Of a DNA stretch of 64,000 nucleotides, positions 1 to 8,943 are shown in pieces (position 1 is the stretch's first letter; each line of letters begins with the position of its first letter). The notes beneath the pieces are model-generated. The model was not told the origin of the DNA, searched no databases, and saw nothing but the letters and a program-made list of their open reading frames with translations. The DNA lies in contig JBCCHT010000015.1 of NCBI GenBank assembly GCA_039028615.1, positions 170,981 through 234,980 of the forward strand, given 5' to 3'. This stretch comes from Myxococcota bacterium. Its GTDB lineage: Bacteria > Myxococcota_A > Polyangia > Nannocystales > Nannocystaceae. The position numbers and the translations under genes are program-made.

Positions 1-24
1 CGAGCTTCATCGAGGGTCGACGCC

Positions 25-2313
25 ATGACCGAGGCGGTGGTCCAGAGCACGCCGCTGGTCTCCACGTCGGGCGAGGCGCTGCCGCTGGTCTCGTGCATCA
101 TGCCGACCAAGGACCGTCGCCCCTACGTCGCGGGCGCGATCGAGTACTTCTTGCGGCAGGACTACCCGAACCGTGAGCTCATCATCCTCGACAGCGGCGA
201 GGATGCGGTGGCGGACCTGGTGCCCGAGCACCCGATGATTCACTACGTCCGCTGCGAGGTCGGCTTGTGCCTCGGCAGCAAGCGCAACTTGGCGTGCGAG
301 CGGGCCCGCGGGGAGCTCATTTCGCACTGGGACGACGACGACTGGAGCGCGCCCTGGCGGCTGCGGGTGCAGGTGCAGCAGCTGCTCGCCGACGATGCGG
401 ACATGTGTGGGCTGGCGAGCATGCTCTACTACGACGCCCAGACCAAGGCGGCGTGGCGCTACGAGTATCCGAAGGGCGACCGGCCGTGGGTCGGCGGCTG
501 TACCATGCTCTACCGCCGCGATCTGTGGCTCTCGCAGCGCTTCGAGGACCTGCACAGCGGCGAGGACAACCGCTTCGTGTGGCGAGACCCCGCGCCGCGT
601 ATCGCGATACCCGAGGACGGGTCCTTCCATGTCGCGCTGGTACACGGCGGCAACGCGAGCCCGAAGCACACCAATACCGTGCGCTGGCGACCGATTCCGA
701 TCGAGCGCATCGAAGAGGTCATGGGTTCGGATTTTCGCCACCACGGCCGAGCGCGACCGAGCCGCCCCGCGGTCTCGGCCTCCTCATCGGCCGCTACCCC
801 TGCGCCGCGCCCGGCGGCCTCGGGCTTTCGCAATCTGTACGCGTGCCTCGTGCACGAGCGGCCGGACTGCGTCGCCGACCTCGTTCGAAACCTTCGCTAT
901 CTCGACCCGCAGGCGCACGTCCTGCTCTACGACGGAAGCCCCCGCAGCAGCCTGCTGCGAGGCGGGCACCTCGAGGGGCTCGGCGCGATGGTTCACCCCA
1001 CGCCGCGCCCCATGAAGTGGGGCTACCTCCACGACTTCGCCCTCGACTGCATGCGCTACGGCCTGCAGGCGATGAGCTTCGATGCGCTGACCATCGTCGA
1101 CTCGGACCAGCTGGCCATCCGCTCCGGGTTCACCCCGCGACTCGGCGAGTACCTGGCGGAGCACGAAGACGCCGGCATCCTCACCTGCGCTCCGCACCCG
1201 CAGCGGGCGGCCACCGCCGCCGACCCGGCCAAGACGGCGCTGCGCGAGAACAACCTGTGGCAGTCGTTCTTCGAGCGCTATCCGGGGCCCGAGCAGGAGC
1301 GCTGGTACTGGACCTTCTGGCCCACGACGGTCTTCACCGCCAAGGCGGCGCGGGACCTGCTGGCGATCTTCGAGGACGAGCAGCTGCGCTCGATCCTGGG
1401 GCGCTCGCGGCTATGGGCGACCGAGGAGGTCTTGTTTCCCACCCTGACCGCGCTGCTCGGCCACGACGTACTCGCCAACCCCGGTAGCTACGACTACGTG
1501 AAGTATCGAGCGCGCTACTCCGTGGCCGACCTCGATGCGGCGATGGGCTCCGATGATTGTTTCTGGGTGCACCCGGTGCCGCGGGACTACGACGATCCGC
1601 TGCGCCGTTACATTCGCGAACGTCACGGGGACTACGTCCGGCCCGCGTCCGAAGACGAGGCGTCGGTCGAGTCGAGGCCGGCCGACGAACGCCGGGAGGG
1701 TCCCCCCGTCTTGCGGACGCTGCCCATCGTGCGAGCCATTCGCCCGCTGAAGGGGTGGCTCGACGATGATGAGGCCGATCTGCTGGTGGCCACGACGCGC
1801 GAGGCGCTGGCGCTGCCGGGCGCACCCAACGTGGTGGAGGTGGGGAGCTTCTGTGGTCGCGCCACGGTGGCCATGGGGATGGTCGCGCGCACCGTCGATG
1901 CCGCCCACGTGTTCGCCGTCGATGCCTTCGATGGGGTGGTCGGGGCGGCGGGCGATCGCCTGGAGCACTTCGGCCCCACGCTCGAGCGCTTCACCGCCAA
2001 TGTCGATCGGGCTGGCCTGCAGCGCTGGGTCACCGCCGTACCCACCGAGGGACAGCGCCCCGAGTGGAGCGCGTCGCTGGCCATGCTCGTCGTGGACGGA
2101 CTACACGACTACGCGAACGTCTCCGCCGATCTCGAGCACTTCGAGCGGTGGCTTCGTCCCGGGGGCTACCTGGTGTTCCACGATTACGCGCCCTACTTCC
2201 CCGGAGTGACGACCCTGGTGGACGAGGTGCTCGCTCGCGGCGACTACGGGTGGGTGGCGCAGGCGTCCACGCTGGTCGTGTTGCGCAAGCGCGAGCCGAA
2301 GGAGGACGACTGA
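25..2313 (+). CDS. Glycosyltransferase family 2 fused to a central unknown (possibly GT-A-like) domain and a C-terminal class I SAM methyltransferase (Methyltransf_24-like)
   Basis: PLVSCIMPT...RQDYPNRELIILD and HWDDDDW (GT2); central IVDSD DxD; C-terminal VEVGSFCGR, VDGLHDY, LRPGGYLVFHDY (methyltransferase). Confidence 0.88.
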   Translation: MTEAVVQSTPLVSTSGEALPLVSCIMPTKDRRPYVAGAIEYFLRQDYPNRELIILDSGEDAVADLVPEHPMIHYVRCEVGLCLGSKRNLACERARGELISHWDDDDWSAPWRLRVQVQQLLADDADMCGLASMLYYDAQTKAAWRYEYPKGDRPWVGGCTMLYRRDLWLSQRFEDLHSGEDNRFVWRDPAPRIAIPEDGSFHVALVHGGNASPKHTNTVRWRPIPIERIEEVMGSDFRHHGRARPSRPAVSASSSAATPAPRPAASGFRNLYACLVHERPDCVADLVRNLRYLDPQAHVLLYDGSPRSSLLRGGHLEGLGAMVHPTPRPMKWGYLHDFALDCMRYGLQAMSFDALTIVDSDQLAIRSGFTPRLGEYLAEHEDAGILTCAPHPQRAATAADPAKTALRENNLWQSFFERYPGPEQERWYWTFWPTTVFTAKAARDLLAIFEDEQLRSILGRSRLWATEEVLFPTLTALLGHDVLANPGSYDYVKYRARYSVADLDAAMGSDDCFWVHPVPRDYDDPLRRYIRERHGDYVRPASEDEASVESRPADERREGPPVLRTLPIVRAIRPLKGWLDDDEADLLVATTREALALPGAPNVVEVGSFCGRATVAMGMVARTVDAAHVFAVDAFDGVVGAAGDRLEHFGPTLERFTANVDRAGLQRWVTAVPTEGQRPEWSASLAMLVVDGLHDYANVSADLEHFERWLRPGGYLVFHDYAPYFPGVTTLVDEVLARGDYGWVAQASTLVVLRKREPKEDD

Positions 2314-3104
2314 TGCGTTGGTCTCGGCACGCCGCCGCGATCACCGTGATCGTGGTCGCGATGTCGGCCGCGGGGTGTCGCGATCGGCAAGACGATTCGG
2401 GACGCGGCGCCGCGGCGGGGGATGCCACCGACGATTCCTCTTCGTTCGAGCTCCTCCCCGGCACCATCACTCCGCTGAAGCCTGGAGCGCGCGGTGTCGA
2501 TCGCCTGGGCGCAATCAATGCCCGACGCGCCCGGGCCCTGCGTGCCGACGGGATCGACTTCGCGGTCCGCTATGTCCGCCACGCGTCGTCCAACGCCTCG
2601 CTGACGACCCGCAAGGAAGCAGAGGGCATCTTGGGGGCGGGCCTGACCCTGATGCTCGTGCAGGAAGGTCGAGGGTTTCGCCAAACCCGGCCCTCGGCGG
2701 AGCTGGGCGAGCGCGATGCTCGAGCGGCGGTCGCCCATGCCGAGCACCTCGGCTATCCACGCCAGGGAACGCTGTGGCTGGACATGGAGGCCATCACCGC
2801 GCCCGGTACGACCGCGGACGACGTCATGAACTACGCGCGTCGATGGCATGAGGTCGTTGATGAGCACTACTCGCCGGGCTACTACGTGGGCCCGGTGGGC
2901 AAGCTCGACGGTGACCAGCTGGGGTCGCTGCCCTTCGAGCACTTTTGGAAATCCGCGGCTCGGGTGCCGACACCCACCGGGCGCGGCTACCAGCTCCTCC
3001 AGGGGCATCATCGCGAGATCGCGGGCGTGGTGGTGGACCCGGATACCGCCCAGGACGACGATCAGGGCGGCCGCGCGCTCGGACTCTCGCCTCCATCTCG
3101 ATGA
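2313..3104 (+). CDS. Lipoprotein with DUF1906 (Rv2525c/GH25-like glycoside hydrolase) domain, putative peptidoglycan hydrolase
   Basis: ATG overlaps upstream stop (TGATG); lipobox AAGC; GIDFAVRY, GERDARAAVAHAEHLGYP...LWLDME, PGYY motifs. Confidence 0.75.
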   Translation: MRWSRHAAAITVIVVAMSAAGCRDRQDDSGRGAAAGDATDDSSSFELLPGTITPLKPGARGVDRLGAINARRARALRADGIDFAVRYVRHASSNASLTTRKEAEGILGAGLTLMLVQEGRGFRQTRPSAELGERDARAAVAHAEHLGYPRQGTLWLDMEAITAPGTTADDVMNYARRWHEVVDEHYSPGYYVGPVGKLDGDQLGSLPFEHFWKSAARVPTPTGRGYQLLQGHHREIAGVVVDPDTAQDDDQGGRALGLSPPSR

Positions 3105-3138
3105 GCGGCACCTCGGAGCCCACGCCTAAATCACCCAG

Positions 3139-3173
3139 AATCCGCTCGTAATCCGCTATCCTGACCCCAGGAG
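3139..3173 (+). promoter_or_regulatory. Direct repeat AATCCGCT x2 (11-bp period), -10-like TATCCT and SD AGGAG upstream of the DUF4157 gene
   Basis: AATCCGCT at 3139-3146 and 3150-3157; TATCCT 3157-3162; AGGAG 3169-3173. Confidence 0.4.
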
Positions 3174-3185
3174 ACGACGCCCTCG

Positions 3186-4529
3186 ATGCCCCATCAACGA
3201 GTTGCCGCGCGAGCGAAAGCTGCTGGAGATCCGCAGCCCGTACGCCCGGTGCAGCGCGTCGATGCTCCCGCGATGGAGGGATCACCCGGGATGTTCGGCA
3301 TGAGCCTGAGCACCATGAAGGTCGGCCGCTCGCGCTCCACGAACCTGCCCGATCGCTTGCGCGCGGGCATCGAGTCGCTGAGCGGCATGTCGATGGGCGG
3401 AGTACAGGTCCACTACGACTCGCCGCGGCCGGCTCAGGTCGACGCCTTGGCCTACACACAGGGCCGGGACATCCACCTCGCGCCGGGGCAAGAAGAACAC
3501 CTCGCCCACGAAGCGTGGCACGTCGTGCAGCAGGCGCGGGGGCGCGTGCGGAGCACGGGGACGCTCGACAACGGGGCTCGCGTCAACGAAGACCACGCCC
3601 TCGAACGCGAAGCCGACGTGATGGGGAAGCGAGCGCAGGGGCACTCGGGGTCCAGCCCCGCGCTCCCGACCGGTGAGAGCCCCGTCTCGTCGCCTCTTGC
3701 GCCCGGAACCGCCCAGGGGGGCTTCGCTCCCGTGCAGCGAAAACCCAAGAGCCTGCGGGCTCGTATTCGGGAGAAGCAGAAGAACAACACGCCGCTGACC
3801 GCACGCGAACAGAGGTTTTTGGATCAGCAGCAGCGAGCCCAGGCTCAGCCGACGCGGACCTTCTTCCACATCACGGGGAGCCCTGGCTTCGCCAATACCC
3901 TCGCGGCCGGTCGTCAGCGGCCAACGCCGCTCACCCATGCGCAGCTTCAAGCCAACCACGGCGTGAGCATCGATCCTCGGTTCACGCAGCGCAGCCGGAC
4001 GGCCACGAATCCGATCGGGGACAGCCTCAGACCAGGAGACGACCTCGGCCCTGGCTTCTATACGACCGACAGCGCGGCCTTCGTCGACCACTACCTGAAC
4101 GCGAATTTCAGCGGCGGGGGCAACGAGCACGATGCTCGGATCCTGTCGTTCCAAGTTCCTGCCAATTCGTTTCGGCACTTGGACGTCCAGGACAACCGGC
4201 TCGACGACGAGGACACCTTCCAGCGAAACATGCGGGATGGCTTCGCGACTCAGGACGTTGCGACTCGACAAATCTCATTGCCGCGGCTCGATGCAGGAGT
4301 CGGCCACGATATCGTCAGCGGTCCGATCAATGACGTCGCGACACCGCCGACACGCCCCACCAGCGACGGCACGACGAGATTCAGCCAGGGGACCATCCTC
4401 AGGCTGGCCAACGAGACGCCGCGCCAGCAGAACTTCGCCAGTCGGGCCGCCGTGGACGCGCTGTACGACAACTCCCAGATGAGCGTGTTCAACCTCGAGC
4501 AGTGGCGAAAGCACCGCGCAGCGCGCTGA
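3186..4529 (+). CDS. DUF4157 (eCIS core) domain protein with C-terminal DUF3990-like putative toxin domain
   Basis: LPDRLRAGIESLSG...VHYDS...ALAYTQG...HLAHEAWHVVQQ...LEREADVMG; PVQR motifs; C-terminal FFHITGS, DLGPGFYTT, HDIVSGPI, QQNF. Confidence 0.82.
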   Translation: MPHQRVAARAKAAGDPQPVRPVQRVDAPAMEGSPGMFGMSLSTMKVGRSRSTNLPDRLRAGIESLSGMSMGGVQVHYDSPRPAQVDALAYTQGRDIHLAPGQEEHLAHEAWHVVQQARGRVRSTGTLDNGARVNEDHALEREADVMGKRAQGHSGSSPALPTGESPVSSPLAPGTAQGGFAPVQRKPKSLRARIREKQKNNTPLTAREQRFLDQQQRAQAQPTRTFFHITGSPGFANTLAAGRQRPTPLTHAQLQANHGVSIDPRFTQRSRTATNPIGDSLRPGDDLGPGFYTTDSAAFVDHYLNANFSGGGNEHDARILSFQVPANSFRHLDVQDNRLDDEDTFQRNMRDGFATQDVATRQISLPRLDAGVGHDIVSGPINDVATPPTRPTSDGTTRFSQGTILRLANETPRQQNFASRAAVDALYDNSQMSVFNLEQWRKHRAAR

Positions 4530-4531
4530 CC

Positions 4532-4990
4532 ATGGCGACGATCATTACTGCGGTCCGAGCGTGCCTCGAACAGGATGGGCTCCGCTACGAGCTCGATGAG
4601 CAGGGACAGGCGTTGCGCTTCGGGTTTCGCACCGAGGCGCATCGTTGGACGTGCATCGCGCAGAGCGACGAACAGCGACGACGCCTCGCCTTCTTCAGCA
4701 TCGTGCTCGCGCCAGTCGAACGAGAGCGACGCGGGGCGGTGATGGAGCTGCTGTCGCGCATCAACTGGGGGTTGTTCCTCGGGAGTTTCGATATCGAGCT
4801 CGACACCGGTCGGGTTCGCCTGCGGACCTCGGTCGACTTCGGGGAGGAGCCGCCAACGACCGGCCTGGTGCAGCCGCTCATCCACGCCAACCTGGCCACC
4901 ATGTCGACGAACATGACGGCGATTGATCGGGTGATGGGGGGCCAAGCCTCGCCCGCGGAGGCGTTGCGAGAGCGCGACGGCCCGCCGTAG
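4532..4990 (+). CDS. YbjN domain protein (T3SS-chaperone-like fold)
   Basis: ATG 2 nt after upstream stop; VMELLSRINWGLFLGSFDIELDTGRVRLRTS is typical of YbjN. Confidence 0.75.
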   Translation: MATIITAVRACLEQDGLRYELDEQGQALRFGFRTEAHRWTCIAQSDEQRRRLAFFSIVLAPVERERRGAVMELLSRINWGLFLGSFDIELDTGRVRLRTSVDFGEEPPTTGLVQPLIHANLATMSTNMTAIDRVMGGQASPAEALRERDGPP

Positions 4991-5091
4991 GCATCGGGGC
5001 GAGGAGACACTGGTCTCGTATTGCAGGTGCCCACCTGCGGACTCGCGCCGAGACCCCATGACCATGGGGGCGGGCCTCCGTCGCGGCCGGA

Positions 5092-5160
5092 CTGACCGTC
5101 GACGTGGCGCTGGTGGATCTGGGGCTGCCCGACATGCGCGGCACCGCTCTATGGCGTCGA
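5092..5160 (+). pseudogene. Remnant of a response-regulator receiver domain
   Basis: LTVDVALVDLGLPDMRGTAL matches the receiver phospho-Asp segment; in-frame TGA at 5059-5061 upstream and no rest of the domain. Confidence 0.5.
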
Positions 5161-5251
5161 GCCGCCCGCGCTGCCGCTGAGTACAGAGGCGGTCGAGTCG
5201 ACCCTGGTCGTCCAGGCATCGCTCGACTGGTCGTGAGCCCTCCGTGCGCGG

Positions 5252-6781
5252 TCACTCGGCCGCGCGGTCGCCGGGAGCCCGACCCTTCGGTCGCAGATGC
5301 TCGGGTACCCGGTCTCGACGGAACACATCGTCCATCGTCTCGGCACGCCGGATCACGTGAGCCTCTTCCCCGTTCACGAGAATCGAGGCCGGCCTCGCCA
5401 TGGCATTGAAGTTGCTCGCGCTGACCTCCTGATAGGCCCCCGTATCGAGCAGCGCGAGGACATCCCCGACCTCGAGCTCCGGCAAGGGAACCCGGCCGAG
5501 CAATCGATCGCCATAGCAGCTACGTCCGGTCACGTCGGCGTGCTGAGCGATGGGCGCGTTCATCTTGTTGGCGACTACGTAGTCGTGCAGGTGGTGCTCG
5601 AAGCGGCCGCCCGCGAGCCAGAACTCGGAGGTGTCGATGACCACGTGTCGCCACGGCACCGGGGCATCCATCGACTTGAGCGCTTGCACGGACGCCAGGT
5701 GTACGCCCGCGTTGCCGTGGATGGAGCGGCCCGGCTCGAGCTGCAGGCGGACGCCATCGAGGGACAGGCCTTCGGCGTCGAGGGTGTCGCGCAGCGCTCG
5801 GGTGGTGGCTGCGGCGTAGTCCTCGATGGAGGGAGCCGCCCGTTGGTTGGGCTGGTCGGAGGCCAGCGACAGCAGCGGTCGCAGCAGGCGGTAGCGAACC
5901 GCCCGACCCAGCGCCTTCAGCCCCCAGGAGACCGCGTACAGGGCCCCCAGCTGCAGCGGAGCGAGGTAGTCGGTCGCGGCGTTGTGCGGGTCGCGGGGGA
6001 TGGCGAAGCCGCCTCCGATGTCGATTTCCTGCGGCCGCAGGTTGCCCAGGGCTCGGCTCACGCGGCCGATCTCGCGCCCGTACGCTCGCATCTGGGCGCT
6101 CCACAAGTCCGTGGAGGGATGGTGCCGACCGTGGTGCTGGTGAAAGCCCACGATGCTCAGCCCGCGCATGTCCGCGATGCGCCGCCCCGCCTCGATCGCT
6201 TCGTCGGTGGACAGCCCGCCCTTGTACATCAGCGCGACGAGGTCGGTGGGGGCGAGCCCTTGGGGCACGAAGCCGCTGGGGCGGTTGAAGTCGCTGACGG
6301 TGGGCCGTAGCCGCAGCGCGACCCGGCCGGAACGAGCGCCATCGCAGGTGAGGTCTTCGAGAATGTCCACGTCGCGGAGGCTGTCGACGGTGATCCGGGC
6401 CCCGACCTCCAGCGCCCGATCGATGTGGTCCAGGGACTTGGGCACGCCGTTGACCGACATCTGGGCCGGGTCGATGCCGACCCGCAGCGCGACCTCGAGC
6501 TCACCCTCGGAGTAGATGTCCGCGCCGCAGCCCTCGTCGGCCAGGACGGCTTGAATCGCCTGGGCCCAGTTGGCTTTGACCGCAGGCATGACCGTGACCG
6601 GGCCGCAGTCCCAGCCTTGGCTGAAGGATCGCTGGAAGCGTCGGACGTTGCGCCGCAGCTGATCCTCGGAGAACACGAACAGCGGCGAGCCGAAGCGCAT
6701 GAGCAGGGCGGTGGCGTCCAGCTCCTCGATGTAGAGGCGACCATCACGTTCGGAGAGACATTCATCGATGGGATTGGTCAC
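5252..6781 (-). CDS. PLP-dependent group IV (Orn/DAP/Arg-type) decarboxylase, LysA-like
   Basis: FGSPLFVFSE, PAVKAN (PLP lysine), DIGGGF, EPGRS, GRSCYGD, DTGAY, NFN. Confidence 0.88.
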   Translation of the reverse strand: MTNPIDECLSERDGRLYIEELDATALLMRFGSPLFVFSEDQLRRNVRRFQRSFSQGWDCGPVTVMPAVKANWAQAIQAVLADEGCGADIYSEGELEVALRVGIDPAQMSVNGVPKSLDHIDRALEVGARITVDSLRDVDILEDLTCDGARSGRVALRLRPTVSDFNRPSGFVPQGLAPTDLVALMYKGGLSTDEAIEAGRRIADMRGLSIVGFHQHHGRHHPSTDLWSAQMRAYGREIGRVSRALGNLRPQEIDIGGGFAIPRDPHNAATDYLAPLQLGALYAVSWGLKALGRAVRYRLLRPLLSLASDQPNQRAAPSIEDYAAATTRALRDTLDAEGLSLDGVRLQLEPGRSIHGNAGVHLASVQALKSMDAPVPWRHVVIDTSEFWLAGGRFEHHLHDYVVANKMNAPIAQHADVTGRSCYGDRLLGRVPLPELEVGDVLALLDTGAYQEVSASNFNAMARPASILVNGEEAHVIRRAETMDDVFRRDRVPEHLRPKGRAPGDRAAE

Positions 6782-7100
6782 GGTTCGGCCTCTGCACCAC
6801 GATAGGCCGCATTCGCGGCGATGGGGAACCGCGGTCAGGCCCGAGGCCGAACCCGACTGCGAAGCGGTGCGTTCGTGGGCGGCAGGACTCCCCGACTCCG
6901 AGCCCGCGCGGATCGCCGCGCTGGCCGATCGAGTTCAGGGGGACTCCGACGAGGACGCCATCATGGCCGCCCGGGCCTTGGCGATGACTGGTACGGCAGA
7001 CGCCCGCATTGCCCTACAACCTGCGCTCGATCTTCCCGTTCGGAGCCCCGAGGTCATCGCGAAGATCCACGCGGCCTGGTCACAATACGCACCGCGGTGA
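6768..7100 (+). CDS. Short hypothetical protein or HEAT-repeat-like fragment (start uncertain)
   Basis: DEDAIMAARALAMTGTADARIAL resembles a HEAT/PBS repeat; 5' end overlaps the divergent gene. Confidence 0.3.
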   Translation: MGLVTVRPLHHDRPHSRRWGTAVRPEAEPDCEAVRSWAAGLPDSEPARIAALADRVQGDSDEDAIMAARALAMTGTADARIALQPALDLPVRSPEVIAKIHAAWSQYAPR

Positions 7101-7116
7101 CGCGGATGAGGGGTCG

Positions 7117-7137
7117 TCCCCCCACATCGTGGGGGGA
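7117..7137. promoter_or_regulatory. Perfect 9-bp inverted repeat (terminator or operator)
   Basis: TCCCCCCAC-ATC-GTGGGGGGA in the intergenic gap. Confidence 0.4.
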
Positions 7138-7201
7138 GCCTACGACGGTCGTAACGCGGCTGGTGTGATCGGGGCTCTGCGTCCTAACCTTCAGGGTGCA
7201 T

Positions 7202-8377
7202 ATGCGCTCATTCTCGTTTTCGGTCTCTATGGGGTTGTTCGGAATCTTCGGGCTGATGGCTTCGGCCTGCGGCACCGAAGGGGGGCGTCAAGACGAGAGC
7301 GGCGGCATTGCGAGCATCGGACCGGGCGGGACGGGGGCGACCTCGGGCATGACTGCCACCGACGACGCGGGCACTGGGGGCCCGACCGGAGGGGGCAGCG
7401 GCTCCGACGACGACGCGAGTAACGACGATACGGGCAGCACTCCGGTGTTCGACGTCGGAGAGCCGGCCGGGACCGAGGGCAGCATGCCCTGCGAAGTCAT
7501 GCAGCCGACCCTGACCTATGTCGAGCCGATCATGCTGTTGGTGCTCGACAAGTCGGGCAGCATGTCGATCAACCAGTTCGACGCGGGCGGCGGCTCCATC
7601 ACCCGCTGGAACGCGCTGCACAACACCGTGACCTCGCTGCTCGGCACCTATCAGTCCCAGATCGCGTTCGGGTCGAAGCTGTTCCCCTCGGCCAACGGGT
7701 GCAACGTGAACGCAGGGCTCGACGTCGACCCGCTGGTGAACAACGAGGCGGCGATCATCGCCTCCATTCCGCCGCCCGGGGCCGACCTGAACTCGGGGGG
7801 CACCTCGCAGACGCCAGTGCAGCGGGGCATGGAGGAGGCCTCGGCCGCGATGCTCTCGTACGACCCCGAGGTGCCCAAGGCGGTCATGCTCATCTTGGAT
7901 GGTGGGGTGAGCACGACCTGCGGAGGCAATACCGTCGCGGGGACCGACGGGGTCATCAGCACGCTGTGGAACACGCACGGGATCCCGACCTACGTGGTGG
8001 GCGTAGACATCGACTCGTCCACCGTCAGCGACATGAACACCTACGCGGTGTCCGGTGGCGTGCCCACGGGCAACCCCGCGGAGCAGTTCTACAACGCCAC
8101 CAACACGGCGCAGCTCGAGATGTTCATGGACGGCATCGTCTCCGAGATCCTCAGCTGCGACATCGCGCTGGACACCGAGCCGCAGTTCCCCGAGCTCACC
8201 CAGATCTCCGTGGACGGCATGGAGTACTTCGAGATCGATCAGGCCGCCTGCGAAGCGGGGAACCCCGGCTGGTACTGGAGCGAGGAGTACAGCCTGATCA
8301 CGCTGTGCGGAGCGGCGTGCGACGAGTTCCTCGTGGTGCAGTCCGCCGACGTGGCGTTCTTCTGCCCGGAGGGCTGA
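7202..8377 (+). CDS. VWA-domain lipoprotein with Gly/Thr/Asp linker and Cys-rich C-terminus
   Basis: Lipobox ASAC; MIDAS LVLDKSGSM; TP, ILDG, TYVVG; C-terminal GWYW...ITLCGAAC. Confidence 0.85.
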   Translation: MRSFSFSVSMGLFGIFGLMASACGTEGGRQDESGGIASIGPGGTGATSGMTATDDAGTGGPTGGGSGSDDDASNDDTGSTPVFDVGEPAGTEGSMPCEVMQPTLTYVEPIMLLVLDKSGSMSINQFDAGGGSITRWNALHNTVTSLLGTYQSQIAFGSKLFPSANGCNVNAGLDVDPLVNNEAAIIASIPPPGADLNSGGTSQTPVQRGMEEASAAMLSYDPEVPKAVMLILDGGVSTTCGGNTVAGTDGVISTLWNTHGIPTYVVGVDIDSSTVSDMNTYAVSGGVPTGNPAEQFYNATNTAQLEMFMDGIVSEILSCDIALDTEPQFPELTQISVDGMEYFEIDQAACEAGNPGWYWSEEYSLITLCGAACDEFLVVQSADVAFFCPEG

Positions 8378-8387
8378 GCGGCACGCT

Positions 8388-8801
8388 TCAGCGGGCCGCG
8401 GCCCGGCGCTTGACCTCCATACGCCCGGCCAGCCACGCGACCACGATGTACAGCGGCAGCTCGATGTACATGAACGCGGGGTGGTCGAGCTGCGCCATGT
8501 TGGCGATGCCGCCCGCCAGCGACAGCGCACCGACGATCATCGCCAGCAGCATGGGCTTGGACGCCCCGAGTCGCGCGGCCGTCCACGCGCCCGTGAACGA
8601 CTGGCTGATGTGCGCCGCGATCACGATGAGGAACGCCTGCCACGGCAGGGTGGCGATATAGGCGTTCATCTGAGCGTTGTCGTACATGTCCAGGCCCTCG
8701 GGCACCGGATAGAGCACGGCGGTGTTGAGCATGATGAGGGCCATGTTGATGGCCATGCCCACGGTGAGGCCGACGACGACGGCGATGACGTTGCGAATCA
8801 T
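8388..8801 (-). CDS. Small integral membrane protein (about 4 TM)
   Basis: MIRNVIAVVVG... with four hydrophobic stretches. Confidence 0.8.
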   Translation of the reverse strand: MIRNVIAVVVGLTVGMAINMALIMLNTAVLYPVPEGLDMYDNAQMNAYIATLPWQAFLIVIAAHISQSFTGAWTAARLGASKPMLLAMIVGALSLAGGIANMAQLDHPAFMYIELPLYIVVAWLAGRMEVKRRAAAR

Positions 8802-8943
8802 GGGGGGACTCCAGGCAGGACCGGGCCAACTATGACACGAGTGCAGACCCATGACCGATGCCGTCGCGGGCCGGGCCGTCCCCACGGCGTTTACTCCGTC
8901 GGGGACCCCATGATCGCGGGCGTGGCCTGATATCGTCGCGAGC

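Noticed and set aside
5252..6781. Assigning gene symbol lysA
   Set aside because: Specificity motifs deviate (CYGD, HHGR), so the substrate is uncertain.
7202..8377. Assigning gene symbol cglB
   Set aside because: It is a VWA lipoprotein, but such paralogs are numerous in myxobacteria and orthology cannot be shown by eye.
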